DNA from: Geobacter metallireducens GS-15
GTDB lineage: Bacteria; Desulfobacterota; Desulfuromonadia; Geobacterales; Geobacteraceae
Assembly (NCBI RefSeq): GCF_000012925.1
Contig: NC_007517.1
Span: forward strand, 3,870,001 to 3,902,000
DNA length: 32,000 nucleotides
Direction of reading: 5' to 3'
Shown here: positions 1-8,269 of the stretch, piece after piece
How positions within the stretch are numbered: position 1 is the stretch's first letter
Layout: each line of letters opens with the position of its first letter
Notes under the pieces: model-generated
The model's input: only the letters and a program-made list of their open reading frames with translations
Told to the model about the DNA's origin: nothing
Database searches by the model: none
Made by a program: the position numbers and the translations under genes

Positions 1-206
1 ATCCCGCCCCCTGGCGGCAGTACCTTTCGGCGGCAGTGGGGGGAATCCTGATGGGGCTCGCCTCGCGCATGGCTCCTGCCTGTAATGTCTGGCATTTTCT
101 GGGGGGGCTGCCCATCCTTGCATTTTCCAGCATTTTTTTCCTGGCAGGAATCCTCCCGGGCGCCTGGCTCGGAGCTTGCATACTAACCAGATGGGTAGTG
201 CGCTGA
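1..206 (+). CDS. YeeE/YedE-family sulfur-compound transporter, C-terminal end (5' part outside window)
   Basis: Frame 3 is open from the window edge to TGA at 204-206. It reads ...GGILMGLASRMAPACNVWHFLGGLPILAFSSIFFLAGILPGAWLGACILTRWVVR, a hydrophobic membrane segment with a Cys loop as in YeeE/YedE. A TusA/YeeD-like gene follows, as in yeeE-yeeD pairs. It is absent from the ORF track because it has no start codon in the window. Confidence 0.55.
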   Translation, partial: PAPWRQYLSAAVGGILMGLASRMAPACNVWHFLGGLPILAFSSIFFLAGILPGAWLGACILTRWVVR

Positions 207-240
207 GCGTGTCGCCCTACATTTTGCCGGAGATACAATC

Positions 241-495
241 ATGACATCCGCTGCTGTCGACACTATCGAATACGACATCCGGGGCCAGATATGCCCGTCC
301 ACGCTGCTCATCGCCCTGCGGGAGATCAACAGCCATGCTGCTGCCTTGCGCAAAGGCGAGGTAGCCCTCCTGTTCCTGACCACCAATCGCGACTCGACCC
401 ACACCATTCCCGAATCGGCGCAGAACATGGGATTTTGTGCTGTGGTGGCCCCCCGGGACGGCTACTATGCCATCAGGGTGTCCGGCAATGAGTGA
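241..495 (+). CDS. TusA/SirA/YeeD-like sulfur-carrier protein (84 aa), variant active-site motif
   Basis: The N-terminal DIRGQICPSTLL matches the TusA-family D-x-R-G-x-x-CPxP signature, except that the second Pro is Thr. Size and position after a YeeE-like gene fit. Confidence 0.65.
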   Translation: MTSAAVDTIEYDIRGQICPSTLLIALREINSHAAALRKGEVALLFLTTNRDSTHTIPESAQNMGFCAVVAPRDGYYAIRVSGNE

Positions 496-1885
496 GCATC
501 AACCGCAAACCAGCGGCACGATAACGGCTCGAGTCCCTGACGGCCCCGCGGCCGAGCTCGCGCAACTCAAGGAGGAAAATGCCCGGCTCCGCGCCCGGCT
601 CGCCAGCAAGTCCGACTACATCCGCCGCAAGGTCGACCAGATGCTCACGGTCATGGGCACCCGGCCGCTCCGCCAGGAAGAACTCGACGACAACACCTTG
701 ATCGACGTGGACCCCTTGGGCATCCTGGTGGATTCCTTCGCCCACATCCTCGACCATCTCCACACGACAAACCGCGAACTCACCGAGAATCGGGAGTTGT
801 TGCAGACCATCTTCTCCTCTCTCGAATCGGGCATCCTCCTGATCCGGGAGGAAGACCATGTGATCACGGACGTGAACGAAACGGCGTGCCGCAGCCTTGG
901 GCTGAAGCGTGAAGACATCCTCGGCCAACTCTGTTTTTCGTTCATCTACCCCGACTGCACCGGTGCCTGCCCCATGAAGGAGCAGAACCTGAAAATCGAC
1001 AATTCCGAACGGATGCTCCGTGCGGCTGACGGTCACATCGTGCCGGTGCTGAAAACCGTCGGGCGGGTCATGGTGCACGGCATTCCGCACTTTCTTGAAA
1101 GCTTCATTGACATCACTGCCCAGAAAGAGGCGGAAGCAGAGATCCTGGCCCTGAATGATGACCTGGAAATGCGGGTGCAGGAACGAACGGCGGAATTGAT
1201 CCAGGCCAACCGCGAGATGGAGTCGTTCAGCTACTCCATCTCCCATGACCTGCGGGCGCCGTTACGGCACATCAACGGCTATATCAACATTCTCCGCGAG
1301 GATTATGGCGGCCATCTGGATATGGCTGGGATCAACTGCCTGCAACGGGTCGATGCCGCCAGCAAACAGATGGGAATGCTGATCGACGACCTCCTTTCCT
1401 TCTCGCGGATCCCGCGAACCCTCAAAAACCCTCAAACGGTCGACCTGAGCCAACTGGCCCGCGACGTAACCGTCATGCTCCGCGAAACGGAGCCCGACCG
1501 GCAGGTGGAGGTGGAAATCCAGGATGGATTGGTTGCCCATGGGGATGTTTCACTGTTGAACATGGTAGTCCAGAACCTGATCGGCAACGCATGGAAATTC
1601 ACGGCAAGGAGCAGCCGGGCGGCCATTTCTTTCGGGAGGAAACGACAGGGGGAGAGGGACGTATTTTTTGTGCTTGACAATGGCGTCGGCTTCGACATGA
1701 CCTATCAGAACAAGCTTTTCAAGGTCTTCGAACGGCTGAACGGCGAAGAATTTGAGGGAACCGGCATCGGCCTGGCAATAGTCAAGCGGATCGTCAACCG
1801 TCACGGCGGAGATATCTGGGCTGAGTCTTCTCCGGGCAACGGGGCAACCTTTTACTTCACGTTGGCCTCCCCGCGGCAACCTTAG
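488..1885 (+). CDS. Cytoplasmic PAS-domain sensor histidine kinase
   Basis: The ATG at 488 (MSEHQPQ...) overlaps the upstream stop as ATGAGTGA, which I prefer over the track start at 437. H-box SYSISHDLRAPLRHINGY; ATP-lid GTGIGLAIVKRIVNRHGGDIWAESSPGNGATFYFTL; coiled coil plus a PAS segment containing C-x7-C-x3-C (about nt 932-970). Confidence 0.9.
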   Translation: MSEHQPQTSGTITARVPDGPAAELAQLKEENARLRARLASKSDYIRRKVDQMLTVMGTRPLRQEELDDNTLIDVDPLGILVDSFAHILDHLHTTNRELTENRELLQTIFSSLESGILLIREEDHVITDVNETACRSLGLKREDILGQLCFSFIYPDCTGACPMKEQNLKIDNSERMLRAADGHIVPVLKTVGRVMVHGIPHFLESFIDITAQKEAEAEILALNDDLEMRVQERTAELIQANREMESFSYSISHDLRAPLRHINGYINILREDYGGHLDMAGINCLQRVDAASKQMGMLIDDLLSFSRIPRTLKNPQTVDLSQLARDVTVMLRETEPDRQVEVEIQDGLVAHGDVSLLNMVVQNLIGNAWKFTARSSRAAISFGRKRQGERDVFFVLDNGVGFDMTYQNKLFKVFERLNGEEFEGTGIGLAIVKRIVNRHGGDIWAESSPGNGATFYFTLASPRQP

Positions 1886-1899
1886 GCCCCCATCCATGA

Positions 1900-2946
1900 T
1901 CAGTGGCTGTGCCTGTGGTGGATATCGGGCCAGTGAACGTGAGAATGGGTGAGCGGCTCATGCAGGTGGGGATGGTCATGGGGCTCCGTCCCCTCACCTT
2001 CAGCGTGCTCATGTTGATGATGCTCATCATGCAGGTGCTTGTGGGAATGAGAAAGCTCCTCGTGGGTATGGGGGTGGCCGTGCATTTCCCGCTGGAGGAG
2101 CGCTATCCCCGCAAGCATGAGTGAAGCGGCAACCCAATAGGTCGCTGGCGGGCGTTCGCCGAGGATGAGAACGGAGAGGAACGTCCCGACGAAAGGGCCA
2201 ATGGCAAAGAGGGTGCTGGTCCTGGCGGAACCGATTCTCCGCAACGCCTCGACGAACAGAACCAGGCTCATGCCGTAGCTCATGGCGCCGATCAGGAGCG
2301 AACCGGCGACCTGAGGGACGGTTGCCGTTCCGGTTGAGAGAGCGAGCGCCAGGAGTGTGTTGAACGCCCCGGCGCCAAACCCTTTGATGCTGGCGAGAAC
2401 CGTTGCCGGCAGCTCCTCGATGTCACGGGTCAGGTTGTTGTCGATCCCCCAGAACGCACAGGCCAGAAGGACGAGCAGTCCGGCAAAGGAAAAGGCAAGA
2501 GAACCGTCGTTCTTAAGAATGACAAATACCGAACCGAGAAGAATGAGCGCCTTGCCCCCCCAAACGCCGAGGCCCACATGCTCCCTGAAGACAAACCACG
2601 CAATGAGTGTGGTTGCCACCGTTTCAATATTCAATAGGAGAGAAACCTCTGAAGCGGTGCCGAATTTAATGCCGTAGGCAAGAAAGAGCGGAGCGACAAC
2701 ACCGCCGGAGAGTATCGAACCAAGCAAAGCAAGCCGCTTCTTCGGGGATAGCCGCTTTACCTCCTCGATTGATTTTTTCCCCTGAAACAACAGCAGGATG
2801 TGCAGTCCGATCCCCGACCCTAAATAGAGAAGGCCTGCCAACAGGGCGGGCGACATTTCACCTATCACCAGCTTGCATAAGACAGGAGAAATGCCGAAGA
2901 GCGCCGCGGATATGACAGCAAGGAATTGTCCGGAATACATAGGCAT
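1900..2946 (-). CDS. EamA/DMT-superfamily transporter with extremely His-rich C-terminal tail
   Basis: About 10 hydrophobic segments with Gly/Ala-rich EamA-like repeats. The last 60 residues (nt 1903-2082) contain 23 His (HGHPHTHEELSHSHKHLHDEHHQHEH...HVHWPDIHHRHSH). The start is uncertain: TTG 2970, ATG 2946 or ATG 2940. The last has an AAGGA 5 nt upstream. Confidence 0.8.
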   Translation of the reverse strand: MPMYSGQFLAVISAALFGISPVLCKLVIGEMSPALLAGLLYLGSGIGLHILLLFQGKKSIEEVKRLSPKKRLALLGSILSGGVVAPLFLAYGIKFGTASEVSLLLNIETVATTLIAWFVFREHVGLGVWGGKALILLGSVFVILKNDGSLAFSFAGLLVLLACAFWGIDNNLTRDIEELPATVLASIKGFGAGAFNTLLALALSTGTATVPQVAGSLLIGAMSYGMSLVLFVEALRRIGSARTSTLFAIGPFVGTFLSVLILGERPPATYWVAASLMLAGIALLQREMHGHPHTHEELSHSHKHLHDEHHQHEHAEGEGTEPHDHPHLHEPLTHSHVHWPDIHHRHSH

Positions 2947-3038
2947 CCTTAAACTAGTGGCTTTGTTCAAGCGCTTCAGGATACCATACGCCCCCCAAAT
3001 TGTCTGAATGAATTACCCGATTGGGGCCGCCAGTGCCA

Positions 3039-3722
3039 TCACCGCGGCTGTGCCTTCAGCAGGTCCGAGATCTCCCCTTGCATGTCGGTCGCATCGATCT
3101 TCGCATTCTGGAGGAGCGCTCCCCAGCTTTTCTTTCCGCTTTTGACCTCGTGGTAGAGTTGTGGGGCCGGTTGTTTCGTCTTCCGGGCAATGACGGAGGC
3201 AATGATCAACTCCTGGTTGGAAGCGCCATCCTTGTGCATTCCCGCCAGTTCCCCATCGTTCAGCAACCGGTACCGAAGGAGCAGCTCGTCGACCACTGCG
3301 CCGGCAAGGCGCGCTGCCGGGGCCTTCGCGGCAAGGGTGCCGGAGAACCGGGGGCCGAGGACGCCGGGGGATATCCCCTGGGATGCCACGACATCCTTCC
3401 ACGATTCCCTGGACTTCTTCGCCTCAAGGAGGGACTCCGGCGACGCCGGGGATTTGGACGCGATCCAGTAGGCTACCCAGAGGTCATCCGCAGAGGTTCC
3501 CCGCTGCTTCTTCATCACGATCGTCTTTTTCTCCACATTGAACGCCGTTGCGAAAAACGAGTTCTGGGTGGTGGCCAGGAAGTACGGATCGGCCACCGTG
3601 GGGCTCGCCGGATCGTAGGAGCGGTCGGTGAAGCAATGGCAGGTGATGGCGGGAATCGCCTGCGCCGGCAGTGGGGCAAGCAACAGTAGAATCAGGATCA
3701 GGTTGTAGATACCGTGACGCAT
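3039..3722 (-). CDS. Secreted hypothetical protein (signal peptide, CHC motif at mature N-terminus)
   Basis: N-terminal [22 protein letters not shown] followed by [16 protein letters not shown]. Composition is normal, unlike the Arg/Gly-rich opposite-strand ORF 3021-3689. No family recognised. Confidence 0.6.
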   Translation of the reverse strand: MRHGIYNLILILLLLAPLPAQAIPAITCHCFTDRSYDPASPTVADPYFLATTQNSFFATAFNVEKKTIVMKKQRGTSADDLWVAYWIASKSPASPESLLEAKKSRESWKDVVASQGISPGVLGPRFSGTLAAKAPAARLAGAVVDELLLRYRLLNDGELAGMHKDGASNQELIIASVIARKTKQPAPQLYHEVKSGKKSWGALLQNAKIDATDMQGEISDLLKAQPR

Positions 3723-3766
3723 GGGTGTTCCTCTCTTTGCTGACCAATGACAGCGATTGTCGTGAT

Positions 3767-3793
3767 GGGAGGCGGGGCTCTGCCCCGCCTCCC
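3767..3793 (-). terminator. Perfect 12-bp GC-rich stem-loop (GGGAGGCGGGGC-TCT-GCCCCGCCTCCC), possible attenuator or mRNA-stabilising hairpin
   Basis: Read directly from the sequence. It lies 18 nt downstream of the stop at 3811 and upstream of the start at 3722. No U-tract follows on either strand, so it is not a canonical intrinsic terminator. Confidence 0.3.
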
Positions 3794-3810
3794 CTGTTCA
3801 TCCCGATGGA

Positions 3811-4473
3811 TCAGTGCTCCGCCGCGCCGTGCCCGACCGGGGAATGCCCGGCGCCGCCGTGCTGCTCGGCATGGGGGTCTCCGCCGTGCTCGCCGTGGGC
3901 GCCCGCGCCGGTGGCATCCGTATGGAGCCGCTCGACGTAGTGGGTGAACTCCACATACGCCTTCACGAACTCCCGCCCCTGGGCGACACTCTCATCCTTG
4001 TGCCGGTAGGTCTCCGCGGCATGCTCGTAGCGTTTCCTGATCCCCGCCGCAACATCGTCGCTGACCAGTTTCACCAAGGCGTCGGCAGAACCGCCGACCA
4101 GGGCCTTGTCCGCCTCGGCGACGGCGGGCTCCACCGCTCCGGCGGGCTTCAGGCCGGTGAACGGTGCTCCCTCGCCGGCCCGATGGACCTTGACGAGGGT
4201 CGTGAAAAACCGTGTCTCCGCAGCCTCGGCATTCTTCCCCTTGGCGGCCAGCACCGCGTTGAAAGCACTCTTTACCGTATGTTCATCCGTCGGCCGTACC
4301 CATTTCAGGACCGGGGTAATATCCTTGGCTTCGATGGCCTTCCGCGCGTCCTGAACGACCGGCCCGTCGAGGGTATCGCAATGGGCCGAGGCGAATTGGG
4401 GAAGCGCGAGGGAGAGGGCGATGGCTGCCGCGATTCCCGCCGTTTTGATAGAGAGTATATTTTTCGTGTTCAT
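3811..4473 (-). CDS. Periplasmic protein with predicted mature N-terminus HCDTLDGPVV and His-rich C-terminal tail (possibly DUF6448-type; unverified)
   Basis: Signal peptide MNTKNILSIKTAGIAAAIALSLALPQFASA, then HCDTLDGPVVQDARKAIE. There are 8 His in the last 37 residues (HTDATGAGAHGEHGGDPHAEQHGGAGHSPVGHGAAEH). Confidence 0.7.
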   Translation of the reverse strand: MNTKNILSIKTAGIAAAIALSLALPQFASAHCDTLDGPVVQDARKAIEAKDITPVLKWVRPTDEHTVKSAFNAVLAAKGKNAEAAETRFFTTLVKVHRAGEGAPFTGLKPAGAVEPAVAEADKALVGGSADALVKLVSDDVAAGIRKRYEHAAETYRHKDESVAQGREFVKAYVEFTHYVERLHTDATGAGAHGEHGGDPHAEQHGGAGHSPVGHGAAEH

Positions 4474-4547
4474 GGTTATCTGTCTCCTGTTCTTTGATTT
4501 CTGAGTTTGAAGTAATCACGCCCGCATGGTTTTCCGGGCGCCCATGG

Positions 4548-4940
4548 TCAGGCAGCATTCCTCGGGGGGATATACAGGGGCCGGGGATAGCCGAGGAGGA
4601 GTCTGCCGGCATAGGAAGGGGAGAGTTCCACGATGAGCTGCGTTACGGCATGGGATTGACTATGCGTGACGACAAAAGGGGTGTCCGGATGGCAGATGCC
4701 GGAGCTGCCGTGATGGTCCCCCGTGGAGTCATGGCCGGCGTCCTCCGTGGAGTCATGGCCGGCGTCAGCATCGGTGGCAAGGCAGACGATATCCGAGGCG
4801 TGGGGCCCGCCAGGCTCGACGAACGCAAGGCCGTGGGCGTGGACCAGGGGGAAGAGGAACAGGTGAAGCACCACCATCACCATGGCCACGGCCTGTATGG
4901 GTACATGCGAAAATTTCATGGTCGCGTGTTGCCCTTTCAT
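4548..4940 (-). CDS. Small membrane-anchored His/Asp-rich protein with internal DAGHDST tandem repeat
   Basis: N-terminal hydrophobic segment IQAVAMVMVVLHLFLFPLVHAHG, then DADAGHDSTEDAGHDSTGDHHGSSGICHPD. Start is ATG 4940 or ATG 4919. No family recognised. It heads the His-rich cluster. Confidence 0.5.
   Translation of the reverse strand: MKGQHATMKFSHVPIQAVAMVMVVLHLFLFPLVHAHGLAFVEPGGPHASDIVCLATDADAGHDSTEDAGHDSTGDHHGSSGICHPDTPFVVTHSQSHAVTQLIVELSPSYAGRLLLGYPRPLYIPPRNAA
4716..4766. repeat. 24-bp tandem direct repeat, about 2.1 copies with one mismatch
   Basis: GTCCCCCGTGGAGTCATGGCCGGC (4716-4739) and GTCCTCCGTGGAGTCATGGCCGGC (4740-4763), then GTC. On the minus strand, in frame, it encodes DAGHDST(E/G) twice. 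Confidence 0.9.
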
Positions 4941-4994
4941 TAAATTGCCATGTTTTATTCTACACTTATATACCCGGTACCGACTTGTAATTCC

Positions 4995-5008
4995 TTGACC
5001 GAGGTCAA
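4995..5008. promoter_or_regulatory. Inverted repeat TTGACC-GA-GGTCAA in the AT-richer region upstream of the His-rich cluster
   Basis: Read directly. It lies between the ABC permease stop (5057) and the start of the small His-rich gene (4940). A 2-nt spacer is too short for an RNA hairpin, so a protein-binding site is more likely. No convincing -35/-10 pair could be aligned. Confidence 0.3.
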
Positions 5009-5056
5009 AAACCGTCCCCTTTTCCCGTCGCGTTCATCGCCACGGACACCTCCATC

Positions 5057-6178
5057 TCAGCCGAGTCTCTTGCGGAACCGCAGGGCACTCAGGGACATGA
5101 CCGCCACCCCCAGGGCCAGGAGCGCGGCCAATTGGGGCCAGAGGACGCCGATGCCGTTTCCCTTCAGGAAGATCCCCCGGATGATGACCAGGAAGTAGCG
5201 GAGCGGATTGAGGAAGGTGCCGTACTGGATCGCCTCCGGCATGTTCTCGATGGGGAACATGAAGCCGGAGAGGAGCACCGCCGGGATGTAGAAGAGAAAG
5301 GTGGCCATGAGGGCCTGCTGCTGCGTCCGGGAGATGGTGGAGATGAAGAGCCCGATCCCGAGGACCGACAGGAGGTAGATGCCGGTGGCGAGGGTGAGAA
5401 GCGGCAGGGAGCCCTTTATGGGGATGCCGAACCAGAAGACCCCGACCGTGGTCACCAGTGCCATGTCGAAGAAGCTGATGACGGCGAAGGGGATGGTCTT
5501 CCCCAGGATCAGCTCCACCGGTTTCAGGGGGGTTACCATGAGCTGCTCCATGGTCCCGATCTCCCGTTCCCGCACCACCGCCATGGCGGTGAGCAGCAGA
5601 GAGGTGAGCATGATGATGATGGCGATGACCCCCGGGACGTTGTAGTTTCGGCTCCGAAGATCCGGGTTGTACCAGGCACGGGGGCGGAGATCGACTCTCC
5701 CCGTCTTCGCGAGGGGCCGGGTCATCGCCCGGCTCCCCATATCCTTGCCGAACCGGGCAATGACCCGCGTGGCGTAGTCCATGGCGACAGAGGCGGTGTT
5801 CGAGTCGGTGCCGTCCACGATCACCTGCACCTCCGTGGGGATCCCCCGCGCCAGGTCGCGGCCGAACCCGCGGTTCACCTGCACCGCAGCGAGGACCTTC
5901 CCCCGGTCGATGAGTTCCCCCAGCTCCTCCGGCGAAGCAGGGGTGGAGGTGATGGTGAAGTAGCCCGAGGATTCAAGTCTTCGGGCAAGCTCCCTGCTTT
6001 CATATGAGCGGTCCAGGTCGTAAACGGCGGTGGTGATATTCTTGACATCTGTAGTGACCGCGTAGCCGAACATGAGGAGCTGCAGGATGGGGGTGACGAA
6101 GATGATCGCCTTCATCCGCCGGTCCCGGAAGACCTGGCTGAACTCCTTGATTACCATCTCTCTTATCCGTTCGAACAT
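5057..6178 (-). CDS. ABC-2 type transporter permease (YbhR/YhhJ-like)
   Basis: Typical architecture: N-terminal TM helix, a large periplasmic loop, then 5 C-terminal TMs. It is a paralogue of the adjacent permease and is the last gene of the exporter operon. Confidence 0.9.
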   Translation of the reverse strand: MFERIREMVIKEFSQVFRDRRMKAIIFVTPILQLLMFGYAVTTDVKNITTAVYDLDRSYESRELARRLESSGYFTITSTPASPEELGELIDRGKVLAAVQVNRGFGRDLARGIPTEVQVIVDGTDSNTASVAMDYATRVIARFGKDMGSRAMTRPLAKTGRVDLRPRAWYNPDLRSRNYNVPGVIAIIIMLTSLLLTAMAVVREREIGTMEQLMVTPLKPVELILGKTIPFAVISFFDMALVTTVGVFWFGIPIKGSLPLLTLATGIYLLSVLGIGLFISTISRTQQQALMATFLFYIPAVLLSGFMFPIENMPEAIQYGTFLNPLRYFLVIIRGIFLKGNGIGVLWPQLAALLALGVAVMSLSALRFRKRLG

Positions 6179-6179
6179 C

Positions 6180-7289
6180 TCACACGATCCTTTTCCTGAA
6201 TTTTCTGACCGACAGGATGAAGACCACCACGCCGAAGAGGGCGAGGAGGGCGGTTTCCGCCGCCAGGAGCCGGAGGGTGCTCCCCTTGAGGAAGATCCCC
6301 TTGAGGATCGAGACGAAGTAGCGGGCCGGGATGACCCGGGTCACGTTCCGCAGCGGCGTCGGCATGTTGGCGATGGCGTACATGAACCCGGAGAGGAGGA
6401 AGGCGGGGAGAAAGCTCACCACCATGGCGATCTGGCTCGCCACAAGCTGGGACCTGGCGACCACGGAGATGAGAATTCCCAGGGAGAGTCCGCCGAAGAG
6501 GAAGAGCGAGGAGAGGAGGGCGAGAAGAAGGAGGCTCCCCCGCAACGGAACGTCGAAGATGAGCGTCGCCATGGCCACCGAGAGGGCCACGTCGATGAAA
6601 CCGATGAAAAAGTAGGGGATGAGCTTTCCGGCGATCAGCTCGGTGGGCTTTACCGGGGTGGCGATCAACTGCTCCATGGTCCCCCGCTCCCACTCCCGGG
6701 CGATGGTGAGGGAGGTGAGAAGGGCGGCGATGACCGCCATGATCACCGCGATGAGGCCGGGAATGATGTAGTTGCGGGACTTCAGCTCCGGGTTGTACCA
6801 GACCCGCACCCGGGGATCGATGGTGGGGGTCGCGAGCCCTCCCGAAGTCCGCTGACTGAAGCGCTCCGCAACCGCCTCCACGTAGCCCAGGGCGATGGTG
6901 GCGGTGTTGGAATCGCTTCCGTCCACCACCACCTGGAGCGGGGCGCTTTTCCCCCGCCGAAGGTTCTCGGAGAAATCCTCCGGGATCCAGAGCGCCACCT
7001 GTCCCCGGTTCGCGTCCAGGGCGGCGTCGATGTCGCCGCCTTGCTCCAGGGTGGCGACAATGGTGAAATACCCCGACTCCCGGAACTGGGACACGAGCTC
7101 CCGGCTCAGGGAGCTTCGGTCCAGGTCGTAGACCACGGTGCGCAGGTTGTTCACGTCCATGGTGATGGCGTAGCCGAAGATGAAGAGGAGGATCACCGGC
7201 ATGAGAAACGCCATGGCGAGGCTCAGGGGGTCGCGGATAACCTGGATCAGCTCTTTCTTGGCTATGGCGCGGATGCGAGAGAGTTTCAT
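6180..7289 (-). CDS. ABC-2 type transporter permease (YbhS-like)
   Basis: Same architecture as 5057-6178 and alignable with it (RNYIIPGLIAVIM / RNYNVPGVIAIIIM). A 1-nt gap separates it from the next gene. Confidence 0.9.
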   Translation of the reverse strand: MKLSRIRAIAKKELIQVIRDPLSLAMAFLMPVILLFIFGYAITMDVNNLRTVVYDLDRSSLSRELVSQFRESGYFTIVATLEQGGDIDAALDANRGQVALWIPEDFSENLRRGKSAPLQVVVDGSDSNTATIALGYVEAVAERFSQRTSGGLATPTIDPRVRVWYNPELKSRNYIIPGLIAVIMAVIAALLTSLTIAREWERGTMEQLIATPVKPTELIAGKLIPYFFIGFIDVALSVAMATLIFDVPLRGSLLLLALLSSLFLFGGLSLGILISVVARSQLVASQIAMVVSFLPAFLLSGFMYAIANMPTPLRNVTRVIPARYFVSILKGIFLKGSTLRLLAAETALLALFGVVVFILSVRKFRKRIV

Positions 7290-7307
7290 GGCGATAGTCC
7301 TTTGCTC

Positions 7308-7326
7308 CCCCCTTTTTTAAAGGGGG
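7308..7326 (-). other. Intercistronic hairpin CCCCCTTT-TTT-AAAGGGGG between ATPase and permease genes
   Basis: Read directly from the 53-nt gap 7290-7342. An 8-bp stem; the function is unknown. Confidence 0.3.
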
Positions 7327-7342
7327 ACTTTGCAAGCATTGT

Positions 7343-8269
7343 TCACGACGTCTCGATCAACGTCACGAACACATCCTCCAGCGACGGCACGATCTTCTCG
7401 ATCCGCACGGCCCCGATCCCCCCCCCGGCAAGGGCCTCCCTGATTCGCGGGATATCGTCGGCCGCGTTTTCCACGGTGGCATGGAGGACACTGCCGAAGA
7501 TGGCCGCGTCAATGCCGTGACTGTCGAGGAGTTCCAGCGCCTCCACCACCCCCTCCACCTCGATCTCCAGGACATCCCGGGCCATGTGCCGCTCCTTCAG
7601 GGTGCCGGGCATTCCCTCGGCAATGATCCGTCCCCGGTAGATGAGGGCGAGCCGGTCGCAGTACTCCGCCTCGTCCATATAGTGGGTGGTGACGAAGATG
7701 GTCTTCCCCTCCCTTGCCATGTCGTAGATGAGCCGCCAGAAGTTGCGCCGGGAGATGGGGTCGACCCCGGAGGTCGGCTCGTCGAGAAAGATGATGGGGG
7801 GCTCGTGGAGGATGGCGCAGCCCAACGCCAGCCGCTGCTTGAACCCGCCGGAGAGGGTCCGCGTGAGGGCGCCCCGCTTGCCGGCGATCCCCGCCATCTC
7901 CAAGACCCACTCCTTCCGCTCCCGCTTCTTCTCCCTCGGCACCCGGTAGATCCCGCTGAAAAAGTTGATGTTCTCCTCAACGGTGAGGTCGTCGTAGAGG
8001 GAGAACTTCTGGGACATGTAGCCGATGGTCTTCTTGATCTCCTCCGCTTCCCCCATGATGTCGAAGCCCCCCACCATCCCCTTGCCGGCCGTTGGAGTGA
8101 GGAGGCCGCAGAGCATCTTGATGGTGGTGGACTTTCCGGCGCCGTTGGGGCCGAGAAAGCCGAAGATCTCCCCCTTGCGGACCGTGAGGCTGATGTGATC
8201 CACGGCGGTAAAGTCGCCGAAGACCCGGGTCAGCCCCCCAAACTCCACTGCCGTACCGTTTCCGTTCAT
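7343..8269 (-). CDS. ABC transporter ATP-binding protein
   Basis: Walker A GPNGAGKSTT, signature LSGGFKQRLAL, Walker B IIFLDEPTSGVD. ATGA overlap with the upstream ATPase gene. Confidence 0.95.
   Translation of the reverse strand: MNGNGTAVEFGGLTRVFGDFTAVDHISLTVRKGEIFGFLGPNGAGKSTTIKMLCGLLTPTAGKGMVGGFDIMGEAEEIKKTIGYMSQKFSLYDDLTVEENINFFSGIYRVPREKKRERKEWVLEMAGIAGKRGALTRTLSGGFKQRLALGCAILHEPPIIFLDEPTSGVDPISRRNFWRLIYDMAREGKTIFVTTHYMDEAEYCDRLALIYRGRIIAEGMPGTLKERHMARDVLEIEVEGVVEALELLDSHGIDAAIFGSVLHATVENAADDIPRIREALAGGGIGAVRIEKIVPSLEDVFVTLIETS

Noticed and set aside
437-487. Upstream extension of the PAS kinase ORF (track start 437). The same question applies to the N-terminal extensions 24070-24159 and 29935-30063.
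   Set aside because: The extensions overlap the preceding genes extensively and are compositionally odd. Internal ATGs with an RBS and/or an ATGA overlap give proteins that begin where the family alignments begin.
4474-4547. Weak hairpins in short intergenic gaps (CGCCCG-10 nt-CGGGCG near 4520-4541; GCGCC-ATGAA-GGCGC near 27921-27935)
   Set aside because: The stems are only 5-6 bp with no U-tracts, and such structures arise readily in GC-rich DNA. They are not distinctive enough to call.
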